This document shows, piece by piece, positions 17,505 to 26,751 of a DNA stretch of 64,000 nt. A model generated the notes under the pieces. It saw only the letters and a list, made by a program, of their open reading frames with translations, made no database searches and was not told the origin of the DNA. The translations under genes and the position numbers were made by a program. The stretch is from an uncultured Flavobacteriales bacterium (GTDB lineage Bacteria; Bacteroidota; Bacteroidia; Flavobacteriales; UBA1820): the NCBI GenBank assembly GCA_959608625.1, contig CAUHQV010000001.1, positions 39,783 to 103,782 on the forward strand. Direction: 5' to 3'. Numbering within the stretch: position 1 is the first letter of the stretch; each line of letters opens with the position of its first letter.

Positions 17505-18784
17505 ACGTTCTGATACTCGGTTCCGGGGGGCGCGAACACGCCCTGGCTTGGAAGATCGCCCAAAGCCCGCTTTGCGGGAAACTGTTCATCGCGCCCGGGA
17601 ATGCGGGTACGGCACAAACATGGACCAATCTGCCGGTGAAGGCCACCGATTTCCAGGGAATAAAAAAAGCCGTGCTGGACAACGCCGTCGATTTTGTTGT
17701 GGTAGGCCCGGAAGACCCGTTGGTAAACGGGATTTATGACTTTTTCCGAACGGATAAGCAACTCAAACATGTGGCCGTATTCGGCCCGTCTAAGCAAGGC
17801 GCCACGCTGGAAGGCAGCAAGGAATACGCCAAAGAATTCATGATGCGCCACGATATTCCGACCGCTGCCTACCGCAGTTTTACCAAGGAAAACCTGAACG
17901 AGGCCGATGCGTTCATCGACAGCCTGCAACCGCCGTATGTGCTGAAAGCCGACGGACTGGCCGCCGGGAAGGGCGTGCTGATCCTGCCTGATGCCGCCGA
18001 GGCTAAGAAAGAACTGCGGGAGATGATCCTTGCCCAAAAATTCGGTGAGGCTTCTGCTAAAGTGGTGATCGAGGAATTCCTTTCGGGCATCGAGCTTTCG
18101 GTATTCGCCATTACCGACGGGCACGATTATAAACTCCTGCCCACCGCTAAGGATTACAAGCGGATCGGAGAGGGGGATACCGGCCTGAACACCGGCGGAA
18201 TGGGAGCCGTGTCGCCCGTACCGTTCGCCGACGAGGCTTTCATGAAAAAGATCGAAGACCGTATCGTCCGCCCGACGATAAAAGGATTGGAAAAGGACGG
18301 TATCGTCTATACCGGTTTCGTCTTTTTCGGGCTCATCAACGTGGACGGGGAACCCAAAGTGATCGAATACAACGTGCGGATGGGCGATCCGGAAACGGAG
18401 GCCGTCATCCCCCGGGTAAAAAGCGACCTGCTGGAAGCCCTTTACGCCGCAGCCCGGGGCGGACTCTCGAACGTGCGTTTCGAGATAGATTCCCGCGCGG
18501 CCGTCACCGTGGTGATGGTGTCCGGCGGATATCCGGAATCCTATGAGAAAGGCAAGGAAATCACCGGCCTTGGGCAGGTGGGGGGGAGCATCGCGTTCCA
18601 CGCCGGTACTAGTCCGGCAGACGGGAAAGTGCTGACCGCCGGAGGCCGCGTATTGGCCGTGACGTCCTATGCGGACGATTTCCGGGAGGCGTTGAAGGAA
18701 AGCTACCGGAATATCGGCCGGATAAAGTTCGGCGGGGCCTATTGGCGCCGCGATATAGGCAAGGATTTGGAAAAAATGCTTTAG
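17501..18784 (+). CDS. purD: Phosphoribosylamine--glycine ligase
   Basis: MNVLILGSGGREHALAWK, ATP-grasp VLKADGLAAGKGV, EEFLSGIELSVFA, NTGGMGA, VIEYNVRMGDPE. ATGA overlap with the previous gene. Confidence 0.95.
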   Translation: MNVLILGSGGREHALAWKIAQSPLCGKLFIAPGNAGTAQTWTNLPVKATDFQGIKKAVLDNAVDFVVVGPEDPLVNGIYDFFRTDKQLKHVAVFGPSKQGATLEGSKEYAKEFMMRHDIPTAAYRSFTKENLNEADAFIDSLQPPYVLKADGLAAGKGVLILPDAAEAKKELREMILAQKFGEASAKVVIEEFLSGIELSVFAITDGHDYKLLPTAKDYKRIGEGDTGLNTGGMGAVSPVPFADEAFMKKIEDRIVRPTIKGLEKDGIVYTGFVFFGLINVDGEPKVIEYNVRMGDPETEAVIPRVKSDLLEALYAAARGGLSNVRFEIDSRAAVTVVMVSGGYPESYEKGKEITGLGQVGGSIAFHAGTSPADGKVLTAGGRVLAVTSYADDFREALKESYRNIGRIKFGGAYWRRDIGKDLEKML

Positions 18785-18863
18785 GGGCGGTTTCCCGGAT
18801 TTGCTTGAAATATTTCCCTCGGGGAAGAAAAAGAGAACAGAAATAATAAACACAATAAGACCT

Positions 18864-20273
18864 ATGGACCTAAAAAAATTGAGAAGCATTATCGCCGGCC
18901 CGACGTTTACGGGCGGCCTGCTGTTTTTCGCCGCGGTGGCGGCGTTCATCTGGGCGAACGTATCGCCGGATACCTATAACGCCGTCTGGAACCAGCCGCT
19001 GACCCTCAACCTAGGTACGCATATCGAAAAGGCGCTGGAAAACGGGGTGGAGGTGGAGCACGTCTCTTACTTCATGTCCATCCACCTGAAGAGCCTCCAG
19101 CTGTTGGTGAGCGACCTGCTGATGGTTATCTTCTTCTTTAGCGTCGGCCTGGAGATCAAAGGCGAGTTCATCGCCGGAAAACTCTCCACATTCAGCAAAG
19201 CGATCCTGCCTATAGGCGCAGCGCTGGGCGGCATGATCTTACCGGCCCTCATTTACTTCTGCTTCAACCATGATGCGACCGATATCGCCGAACAGGGGTG
19301 GGGTATCCCGATGGCCACGGACATCGCGTTCTCCCTGGCGGTTATTTCTCTGCTGGCCAAACGTGTGCCGCTGAGCCTGAAGATATTCCTGATGACCCTT
19401 GCCGTAGCGGACGACCTGGGTGGTATCGCCGTGATCGCGTTCTTCTATACCGAGCACCTCGATACGGGCGCGCTGGCTATCGCTCTGATCGGAACGGGCT
19501 TCCTGTTTTTGGCCAACATGGTCAACGCCCGTACGAAATGGCTGTACTATGTCGTCGGCTTCGTGGTCGTGTGGACACAGATTCTCGAATCGGGCGTACA
19601 TGCTACCATCGCCGGTATCCTGATGGGCTTCGCCTTCCCGACCAATGTCGGCATGCTGCCCAAGGAATATGCGGCCAAAGCGCAGAAAGTACTCGAAGGG
19701 CTCAAACACAAAGGACAGGAATCCCTGTTTCGTGGTATGCCCGATGCAGATACGTCGGATGCTTATTTTGAAATGCGCCAGCTTACCACCCGCGCGGAAA
19801 GCCCGCTGGCCAGCGTGGAGCGCTCTATTGCTCCGTTCGTAGCGCTCGTCATCATGCCGGTCTTTGCCCTGGCCAATGCCGGGGTGAATATTAGCGGCGA
19901 TTTGAGCTTTACCCAAGCGATCACGGCTCCTGTGGCATTAGGCGTGGGTATCGGCCTGCTGATCGGTAAACCGATAGGTATCTTCCTGTTCACCTTGCTC
20001 TTCGTCAAACTCGGTATCGGCAAACTGCCGGACGATGTGCGGTGGAAACACATATTCGGTATGGGTATCATCGCCGGTATGGGCTTCACGGTGGCCTTGT
20101 TCATTACCGAACTGGCCTTCCGCACGACCAACCTGTCCATCCGGGAGATAGCACTGAATTACACTTCCGAGGCAAAACTGGCGATCCTGTTGGCTTCTGT
20201 ATTGGCAGCCATCCTGGGGTATATGTTCCTGTATGCCGTATCCGGAAAAAAGAAAGCGAAAGCGCATAAATAA
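18864..20273 (+). CDS. nhaA: Na+/H+ antiporter NhaA
   Basis: Trimmed to MDLKKLRSIIAGPTF. GWGIPMATDIAFSL, LAVADDLGGI and PVFALANAGV are NhaA signatures. Confidence 0.9.
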   Translation: MDLKKLRSIIAGPTFTGGLLFFAAVAAFIWANVSPDTYNAVWNQPLTLNLGTHIEKALENGVEVEHVSYFMSIHLKSLQLLVSDLLMVIFFFSVGLEIKGEFIAGKLSTFSKAILPIGAALGGMILPALIYFCFNHDATDIAEQGWGIPMATDIAFSLAVISLLAKRVPLSLKIFLMTLAVADDLGGIAVIAFFYTEHLDTGALAIALIGTGFLFLANMVNARTKWLYYVVGFVVVWTQILESGVHATIAGILMGFAFPTNVGMLPKEYAAKAQKVLEGLKHKGQESLFRGMPDADTSDAYFEMRQLTTRAESPLASVERSIAPFVALVIMPVFALANAGVNISGDLSFTQAITAPVALGVGIGLLIGKPIGIFLFTLLFVKLGIGKLPDDVRWKHIFGMGIIAGMGFTVALFITELAFRTTNLSIREIALNYTSEAKLAILLASVLAAILGYMFLYAVSGKKKAKAHK

Positions 20274-20292
20274 AGTATAGGCTTTATCAACT

Positions 20293-20324
20293 AAAAAGGG
20301 GCCGGCATGCGCCGGCCCCTTTTT
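20293..20324. terminator. Bidirectional rho-independent terminator (first of two)
   Basis: AAAAA, then GGGGCCGGC, ATGC loop, GCCGGCCCC, then TTTTT. Confidence 0.8.
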
Positions 20325-20333
20325 AGTGTCCAT

Positions 20334-20368
20334 AAAAAAAGTCCCGGAATATTTCCGGGACTTTTTTT
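20334..20368. terminator. Bidirectional rho-independent terminator (second of two)
   Basis: AAAAAAA, then GTCCCGGAA, TAT loop, TTCCGGGAC, then TTTTTTT. Confidence 0.8.
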
Positions 20369-20394
20369 CAGTAGCACAAGTAATAAACCGCTGC

Positions 20395-20709
20395 TTATTT
20401 GAGCAGGGCTTCGACTTTTGCTTTCAGATCGGCCTTGGTAGCGGCACCTACTTGCTTGTCTGCCAGATGGCCGTCCTTGAAGAACAGGATAGTCGGAATG
20501 TTGCGGATGCCCAGGGTCGCGGAAACACCGGGGTTGTCGTCCACGTTCACTTTTCCGATCACCACTTTGCCGTCGTATTCGCCGGCCAGTTCGTCGATAA
20601 TGGGGGCTACCATGCGGCAGGGGCCGCACCAGGGAGCCCAGAAGTCTACTACTACCGCTCCGCTTTTGATCACTTCGGAGAAGTTAGCATCTGTTATTTC
20701 CTTTGCCAT
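20395..20709 (-). CDS. trxA: Thioredoxin
   Basis: Trimmed to MAKEITDANFSEVIKSG. Active site DFWAPWCGPCRM. 104 aa. Confidence 0.9.
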   Translation of the reverse strand: MAKEITDANFSEVIKSGAVVVDFWAPWCGPCRMVAPIIDELAGEYDGKVVIGKVNVDDNPGVSATLGIRNIPTILFFKDGHLADKQVGAATKADLKAKVEALLK

Positions 20710-20770
20710 TTTCAGTTGATATTTAAGTTTATAAAATGTTTTTCGGTTATAGTCGGTTTGTCTTCCTGGG

Positions 20771-21325
20771 CTATTTCTTAAAATAGCGGTTGTACAGGCC
20801 TTCGAAACCTTTGCCGTGGCGCGCTTCATCCTTGGCCATTTCATGCACCGTGTCGTGGATCGCGTCCAGGTTCAGCTCTTTTGCGCGTTTAGCGATACGC
20901 ATCTTATCCTCGCAGGCGCCGGATTCCGCGTGCATGCGTTTTTCCAGGTTGGTTTTGGTATCCCATACCACGTCGCCCAGCAATTCGGCGAATTTGCTGG
21001 CATGCTCGGCTTCTTCCCAGGCATAGCGTTTGTACGCTTCTGCGATCTCCGGGTATCCTTCGCGGTCTGCCTGGCGGCTCATGGCCAGATACATTCCCAC
21101 TTCGGAGCATTCTCCCATGAAATGGGCGTTCAGGTCCTTGATCATCTGTTCGTCACAGCCTTTGGCCACACCGATTACGTGCTCGGTCACGAACGCCAGT
21201 GATTCGCCGCTCTCCACCAATTCCTTGAATTTGCTGGCCGGGACATGGCATTGTGGGCATTTTTCGGGAGGAGTATCCCCTTCATGTACATAACCGCAGA
21301 CGGTGCAGATAAATTTCTTTTTCAT
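20771..21325 (-). CDS. Reverse rubrerythrin (N-terminal rubredoxin-like Cys4 domain plus C-terminal diiron four-helix bundle)
   Basis: N-terminus [20 protein letters not shown], then ferritin-like [24 protein letters not shown] and [14 protein letters not shown]. Confidence 0.9.
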   Translation of the reverse strand: MKKKFICTVCGYVHEGDTPPEKCPQCHVPASKFKELVESGESLAFVTEHVIGVAKGCDEQMIKDLNAHFMGECSEVGMYLAMSRQADREGYPEIAEAYKRYAWEEAEHASKFAELLGDVVWDTKTNLEKRMHAESGACEDKMRIAKRAKELNLDAIHDTVHEMAKDEARHGKGFEGLYNRYFKK

Positions 21326-21574
21326 GTTGATTGATGATGTATTATGTTTTTAATGCAAGTTCCCTGTTAGTTGTCGTAAAGATACGGCTTTTTGCCTGCC
21401 AGAGGAAAGCCCCGGATATAATAGTTTATGTTGGGGTAATAGATAAAAACTATAATTCTTGATCTTCAACTGATTACCGATAGATGGGAGGCTGTATTTC
21501 CGAAGCGGCGAAAAATACCGAATCTTAGGATTTATTTAAGTCCGTAGCCGGACGGGAAAAAGACATATTATATG

Positions 21575-21582
21575 TATCTTTG
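21575..21582 (+). promoter_or_regulatory. Candidate -7 element TATCTTTG for bamD-rpoZ
   Basis: Exact TAnnTTTG 62 nt upstream of the ATG at 21644. A second exact match, TAATTTTG, lies at 21631-21638. Confidence 0.35.
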
Positions 21583-21643
21583 CCCGATATGTTTATCCGG
21601 ATTTTTTGCCGGATTAATTGATAAAATTCATAATTTTGCGCCT

Positions 21644-22561
21644 ATGTTATCCAACCGTGTAAAATTACTATCCTTCTGCATCCTGACGCTATTGGCGACC
21701 GGTTGCAGTCAGTACGCCAAAATGCTTCGCAATGAAGATGCGAGCGCCAAACTGGAATATGCCAAAAAACTTTTCGAACAGGAAAAGTATTCCAAGGTCA
21801 CAAAACTCCTCGAACCGGTGTATTCGACATTCAAGAATACCAAAGAAGGGGAAAATACGGACTGGATGATGGCTTATTCCTGGTATATGGATGGTTCGTA
21901 TGAATTGGCCGCTTATATGATGTCGAATTACGCCCGTATGTACCCGCTGAGCGACAAAGCGGAAGAAGCCGCTTTCCTTTCCGCTGAGTCCTCCTACAAG
22001 ATATCCCCGGAAAGTTATCTCGACCAAGAAAATACGACCAAGGCGATCTCCGCAGTGCAACGTTTTCTGGATCGCTATCCCAATGCCCCCCAAGTACCTA
22101 AGGCAGACAGTATAGTCCGGGAATTGAATGCAAAACTAGACAGGAAACAATACGATATCGCTTATAATTATTATCGTTTAGAGGAGTACCAGGCGGCAGT
22201 AATCGCTTTTTCAAACATATTGGACGACAACCCATCCACCACGTACCGGGAAAAGATCATGTACTACCGTTTTCGGGCCGCCGCTATCTATGCCAACAAA
22301 AGTATACCTGAATTGCAGCAGGAACGCTATACCGATGCGCTTACTTATGGCCGGATATTCTTGCAGCGTTTCCCGGATTCCGTGCATGTGGCGGAAGTGC
22401 GGAATTTGGTGAAAGCCATTGAGGAGCGGTCTACGGCATTGAATGAAGTTATAAAGAACATGAATAAGGATCTTGGAAAAGTAAAGACCAGGAACCTCAA
22501 TAAAAAAGTGGAAAAAGAGGTCAAGACGACCCACAAGCAAGAAAAACACAAAGAAAAGTAA
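21644..22561 (+). CDS. bamD: Outer membrane protein assembly factor BamD (TPR lipoprotein)
   Basis: Trimmed to MLSNRVKLLSFCILTLLATGCS (lipobox). TPR-like repeats. Lys-rich tail. Followed by an omega-like gene, as in Bacteroidetes. Confidence 0.85.
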   Translation: MLSNRVKLLSFCILTLLATGCSQYAKMLRNEDASAKLEYAKKLFEQEKYSKVTKLLEPVYSTFKNTKEGENTDWMMAYSWYMDGSYELAAYMMSNYARMYPLSDKAEEAAFLSAESSYKISPESYLDQENTTKAISAVQRFLDRYPNAPQVPKADSIVRELNAKLDRKQYDIAYNYYRLEEYQAAVIAFSNILDDNPSTTYREKIMYYRFRAAAIYANKSIPELQQERYTDALTYGRIFLQRFPDSVHVAEVRNLVKAIEERSTALNEVIKNMNKDLGKVKTRNLNKKVEKEVKTTHKQEKHKEK

Positions 22562-22562
22562 T

Positions 22563-22931
22563 ATGGACCTTAAAAAATCGAATGCATCCCTTACCACTAT
22601 TACAAGGGATATCAGCGACATAGATGCCAAGACCGGCAATATTTACGAGGCGATCATGATCATCGGTAAACGGGCCACCCAGATAGGGGTGGATCTAAAA
22701 AAGGAACTTAACGATAAACTCGATGAGTTTGCCGCTAATGCCGAGAATTTGGAGGAAGTTTTTGAAAATAAGGAACAAATAGAGGTTTCCCGTTTTTATG
22801 AAAAGCTTCCTAAATCTACGGCGATCGCTATCCAGGAATGGATGGAAGACCGCATTTATTTCCGGCAAGGAGGAAAAAAAGCAGAGAATCAAGAGATTGT
22901 CCGCGGAGAAATCCCTGCTGAAAAAAAATAG
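22563..22931 (+). CDS. rpoZ: DNA-directed RNA polymerase subunit omega-like protein (Bacteroidetes type)
   Basis: 122 aa. NIYEAIMIIGKRATQI and EVSRFYEKLPKSTAIAIQEW match my recollection of the Bacteroidetes omega family located after bamD. Confidence 0.75.
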   Translation: MDLKKSNASLTTITRDISDIDAKTGNIYEAIMIIGKRATQIGVDLKKELNDKLDEFAANAENLEEVFENKEQIEVSRFYEKLPKSTAIAIQEWMEDRIYFRQGGKKAENQEIVRGEIPAEKK

Positions 22932-22983
22932 CGGAAAAACAGTTGCGGGGGTCGGAAAAATAACTAAATTTGCACCGCAGTTC

Positions 22984-23054
22984 AGCCCTATGGTGTAATG
23001 GTAGCACATCAGATTCTGGATCTGCTTGTCTAGGTTCGAATCCTGGTAGGGCTA
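22984..23054 (+). tRNA. tRNA-Gln (anticodon CTG)
   Basis: Hand-folded cloverleaf. Acceptor AGCCCTA/TAGGGCT, D arm GTGT-AATGGTA-GCAC, anticodon loop TTCTGGA, T arm CTAGG-TTCGAAT-CCTGG, discriminator A. 71 nt, no encoded CCA. Confidence 0.9.
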
Positions 23055-23057
23055 CAA

Positions 23058-23094
23058 AGTCTTTGTGATTTTAAAATTGCAAAGGCTTTTTTTT
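23058..23094 (+). terminator. Rho-independent terminator after tRNA-Gln
   Basis: AGTCTTTGTGATTT/AAATTGCAAAGGCT, a 14-bp stem (three G-U pairs as RNA) followed by a T8 run. Confidence 0.65.
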
Positions 23095-23157
23095 ATATCT
23101 TATCCGTTCCGGATTAACTTGTCACCCGATTTGTGCCCATAGGTTAGAAATATTTTA

Positions 23158-23165
23158 TATTTTTG
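23158..23165 (+). promoter_or_regulatory. Candidate -7 element TATTTTTG for the wza-like/wzz-like pair
   Basis: Exact TAnnTTTG 42 nt upstream of the ATG at 23207. Confidence 0.35.
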
Positions 23166-23206
23166 TTTTTTTAAGATACCCTGTTCCAGGAAATAAATTG
23201 CTATAG

Positions 23207-25636
23207 ATGAAGAAATTCTTGCCTTTTATTCTGTTTGTCTGTGCAGCTATGGCGGCTGCAGCGCAGAATGTTACTCCTCAAATGTTGCAGCAGGCAAAAT
23301 CTATGGGCGTCTCTGATACCCAGATAAACCAGGTGTTAAACAACCAAAAGAATACGCCGTCTTCCCAGACATTGAACGTGCCTGCGGATTCGACGCTGGG
23401 CGATCAGGCCGGATTGCGGACAGTCAAGCAGCAACTGCGCGCCCCAAATGATTCTACGGTGAAGGTCGATCTTACGAATACTGTTTTCGGGAAAGAAATA
23501 TTTGATACCCAGCGGCTTTCTTTCGAGCCGAACTTCAATATGCCGACTCCGGAAAATTATATCCTTTCCGCCGGGGATCAACTTTTGATAGAGTTATGGG
23601 GGAACTCAGAGGCATCGTATACCCGCAAAATTACGCCGGACGGAGTGATAAGCCTTCCTTCGGTAGGAGTCATATTCCTCAGTGGAAAATCCATCGCCGA
23701 TGCCCGGAAAATCGTCGAGGATAAACTCAGTGCAGTCTATTCGGAGATTACCACAGGAGGTATTCACGTCCGCGTTTCTTTAGGGCAGATACGCAGTATC
23801 CGGGTGAATATTGCCGGGGAAGCAGTGGCTCCCGGTACTTATACGCTGCCATCGCTTGCTACGCTTTTCAATGCAATGTATATGGCTGGAGGAGTGAATG
23901 ATATAGGTTCTTTGCGCGATATTCGGGTATATCGGAACAATAAGCAGGTTGCGGCGCTGGATGTTTACGACTACATAATAAACGGTAAGTACGAATCCAA
24001 TATAACCCTTGAGGATAATGACATGGTCGTGGTCAATCCGTATAGGAACCATATAAAGATCGCCGGCAAGGTCAAGAGGAACCGGATATTCGAATTGAAA
24101 GACGAAGAAACGTTGGGAGATCTTATCCGGTATGCCGGGAACTTTACAGGCGATGCCTATACCGAAAATGTATCGGTAAACCGGAAATCCGGACGTTTTT
24201 ACCAGATTTATACAGTGGACAAGGAGAGTTTCCCTACGTTTGTTATGAAAGACGGGGATTCTGTGACGGTCGATTCCGTACTCAATACGTATGATAATAA
24301 AATCTCTGTCCTGGGTGCCGTATGGCGTCCGGGAGATTATCAGCTTTCCGATCAGGTAAATACAGTAAAATCCCTGGTCGAAAAGGCGGAGGGACTCCGG
24401 GACGATGCATTTTTCGAGAGGGCTATTCTTCGCCGGCAAAAACTGGATTATACCGGACAAATGGTCTCCTTGGATATCAGTGCCGTTCTTTCTGGTTCGG
24501 CGGAGGATGTGGAGTTGATCAATGGGGATGTACTCTATATCCCGTACAAGAATTCCCTGAAGGAAAAATATTATATAACAGTCCGGGGTGAGGTGAACGG
24601 ACTGGAGAAAGAAGGCGCTGAAAATCTGCTGGCCAAAAACATAGATTCGGTTAAGGCCGGGAAATCTTATTCTTCCGATGGACAGGATACTCATAAAGAC
24701 GGGTATACTCTGGATTATTCGGAAGGGATGTCTGTACAGGACGCTATTTTGCTGGCCGGCGGGTTTAAAGAATCGGCTTCCCAGGTGTTGATAAATGTGG
24801 TCCGTCGGGTAAAAGATCCCCTGTCTACTTCTTATCAGGATACCCCGGCAGAGGTTTTCGAAGTAGCTTTGAACAATGGGCTTGCATTTGATCCAAAAAG
24901 GAATGATTTCCTTCTCCAGCCTTTTGACGAGGTGATTGTACGTCGTTCCCCGGCCTTTGTCACCCAAGAATTCGTGGCTGTGAACGGGGAAGTTATTTTC
25001 CCGGGTGGTTACAATATGACTAAGAATATGCGTTTGACGGACTTAGTTGCCAAATCGGGGGGCTTTACTCCTTATGCTTATGTAGAAGGGGCTCAGTTGC
25101 GGCGTAAATTGTCTGAATCCGACCTGGCAAAATTGGAGGCAAAGGCCCGGATGCTGGAAAACAATGCGGACGGGAAGGACTCTTTGAGTACGCAGATGCT
25201 TGAAATACCGAAATATTATGTGGTAGGTATCAATCTTCAGGCAGCGATGAAAGATAAAGGAGGAGCCCGGGATGTCATCCTGCAGGAAGGTGATGAATTG
25301 ATGGTGCCTGTCTATTCAAGTGTTGTGAAGATCAGTGGAGCAGTGGTTTATCCCAATGCCGTAACTTTCGAAAAGAGCAAGAGCCTTAAAAAATATATAC
25401 TTAATGCGGGGGGATATTCCCAGAATGCGAAAAGGAAGGCCTATGTGGTGTATGCCAACGGGCAGGTCGAAACCGTTCGGGGAGGCATCTTCCGTAGATA
25501 CCCGAAGATAAAGCCTGGTTGTGAGATAATCGTTCCTATGAAGTCTGCAAAAAAAGGACTTACATTGCCTGAAATAATGAGCCTGACATCGTCTACTACT
25601 TCCATTGCGGCGCTTATTAATTCGATGATCAAATAA
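23207..25636 (+). CDS. Large polysaccharide export protein (Wza-like; Poly_export plus multiple SLBB domains)
   Basis: 809 aa. Signal peptide. ILSAGDQLLIELWG and DGVISLPSVGVIFLSGKSIADARKIVEDKL (Poly_export). Repeated SLBB-like D.V.V segments. Confidence 0.85.
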   Translation: MKKFLPFILFVCAAMAAAAQNVTPQMLQQAKSMGVSDTQINQVLNNQKNTPSSQTLNVPADSTLGDQAGLRTVKQQLRAPNDSTVKVDLTNTVFGKEIFDTQRLSFEPNFNMPTPENYILSAGDQLLIELWGNSEASYTRKITPDGVISLPSVGVIFLSGKSIADARKIVEDKLSAVYSEITTGGIHVRVSLGQIRSIRVNIAGEAVAPGTYTLPSLATLFNAMYMAGGVNDIGSLRDIRVYRNNKQVAALDVYDYIINGKYESNITLEDNDMVVVNPYRNHIKIAGKVKRNRIFELKDEETLGDLIRYAGNFTGDAYTENVSVNRKSGRFYQIYTVDKESFPTFVMKDGDSVTVDSVLNTYDNKISVLGAVWRPGDYQLSDQVNTVKSLVEKAEGLRDDAFFERAILRRQKLDYTGQMVSLDISAVLSGSAEDVELINGDVLYIPYKNSLKEKYYITVRGEVNGLEKEGAENLLAKNIDSVKAGKSYSSDGQDTHKDGYTLDYSEGMSVQDAILLAGGFKESASQVLINVVRRVKDPLSTSYQDTPAEVFEVALNNGLAFDPKRNDFLLQPFDEVIVRRSPAFVTQEFVAVNGEVIFPGGYNMTKNMRLTDLVAKSGGFTPYAYVEGAQLRRKLSESDLAKLEAKARMLENNADGKDSLSTQMLEIPKYYVVGINLQAAMKDKGGARDVILQEGDELMVPVYSSVVKISGAVVYPNAVTFEKSKSLKKYILNAGGYSQNAKRKAYVVYANGQVETVRGGIFRRYPKIKPGCEIIVPMKSAKKGLTLPEIMSLTSSTTSIAALINSMIK

Positions 25637-25647
25637 ACGGAACACCG

Positions 25648-26751
25648 ATGGATCAGAATACTAAAGAAGAAAATACGGGAGGCCGTGAAATCGATCTGAT
25701 AGAGCTCGTTAAAAAGGTATGGGCCGCTCGGCGTTTTATCATTAAATGGACTGTGGCGACAACCGTTGTCGGTTTAGTGGTGGCTTTCAGCATTCCCGCG
25801 GAATATGGCGTGTCCGTAAAAATGGTCGCAGAAGACAATACCAATACACAGGCCTCGGGGGGGATGTCCCAATTGATGAATTTGGCCGGTTTTGGTACGG
25901 GTACGGCTGGAAGCGGATATGGCATAGGCGTTATGATGTATCCGGAAATAGTTTCTACCGTTCCTTTTTTGGCGGATATGCGAAATATCAAAGTGCAACC
26001 CCGAAAGGCAGATGTGCCGGTTACATTGTATGAATATATTACCAAAGACCAAGAAACAGCTTGGTGGAATTACATAATAAGCGCTCCTTTCAAGGCATTA
26101 GGTTGGGTTAGCTCTCTGTTTAGGGAGAAGAAAGAGGTGGCCCGGAATGACTCCTTCAATATTTTTGCTCTTACACCTGAACAGGAGCACTATATCAATG
26201 GAATGAGAGCCCGGGTGAACATAAGCCTTAATAAAAAGACAGCCATTGTTTCTGCCAATGTGACCATGCAGGATCCGGTAGTCACTGCTGTGGTAGCCGA
26301 TTCCATGGTTGCAAAACTGAAAGAATATATAATTCGTTACCGCACGGATAAAGCCCGGCAGGATATGGAATATTGTACCCGGGCTTTCGAAGAGTCTAAA
26401 AACCAGTATTTTAATGCGCAAAAGCGTTATGCTGTTTTTGTGGATCAGAATAAAAATATTGTAAAAGAATCGGTAAAAATAGAGCAGGATCGTCTCAACA
26501 ATGAAATGAATCTGGCATTCAGCGTTTACAATGCCACGGCACAGCAATTGGAAACGGCAAAATTGAAGGTCCAGGAGCAGACCCCGTGCGTGACGGTCAT
26601 CGAACCTGCCTCGGTGCCGTTGAGAAAATCGAAACCCCGGAAAATGAATATCCTGTTCGGCTTTATTTTCTTAGGGATTGTGGGATCCGCCGGTTATGTG
26701 GCCGGAAAAGAACTGTTTTTCGGTCAGAAGAGTTCGTCTATGCCCAAATAG
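25648..26751 (+). CDS. Wzz-like chain-length-determinant (PCP) protein without kinase domain
   Basis: 367 aa. N-terminal IDLIELVKKVWAARRFI plus a TM. Long periplasmic coiled coil. C-terminal P-rich segment plus a TM (KPRKMNILFGFIFLGIVG). Confidence 0.8.
   Translation: MDQNTKEENTGGREIDLIELVKKVWAARRFIIKWTVATTVVGLVVAFSIPAEYGVSVKMVAEDNTNTQASGGMSQLMNLAGFGTGTAGSGYGIGVMMYPEIVSTVPFLADMRNIKVQPRKADVPVTLYEYITKDQETAWWNYIISAPFKALGWVSSLFREKKEVARNDSFNIFALTPEQEHYINGMRARVNISLNKKTAIVSANVTMQDPVVTAVVADSMVAKLKEYIIRYRTDKARQDMEYCTRAFEESKNQYFNAQKRYAVFVDQNKNIVKESVKIEQDRLNNEMNLAFSVYNATAQQLETAKLKVQEQTPCVTVIEPASVPLRKSKPRKMNILFGFIFLGIVGSAGYVAGKELFFGQKSSSMPK

Noticed and set aside
17378-18949. Very long antisense ORFs offered by the six-frame track. 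Examples are 17378..18949(-), 31081..32631(+), 35860..37323(-), 59291..60667(-), 53603..54787(-), 23780..24967(-), 10709..11701(-), 42589..43740(+) and 48306..49049(-).
   Set aside because: Each lies opposite a gene with unmistakable family motifs (purD, cydA, P-type ATPase, nrdJ, hemD, wza-like, tgt, K+/H+ antiporter, guaA). Their translations are Arg/Gly/His/Pro-rich and low in Lys/Ile/Asn, with no signal or motif. These are typical shadow ORFs of GC-rich coding DNA.
21416-21457. PerR/Fur-like box upstream of the rubrerythrin gene (ATATAATAGTTTATG ... ATAAAAACTATAATT).
   Set aside because: Only one half-site resembles TTATAATnATTATAA. The inverted repeat is imperfect, with two extra bases, and in an AT-rich spacer such matches are expected by chance.
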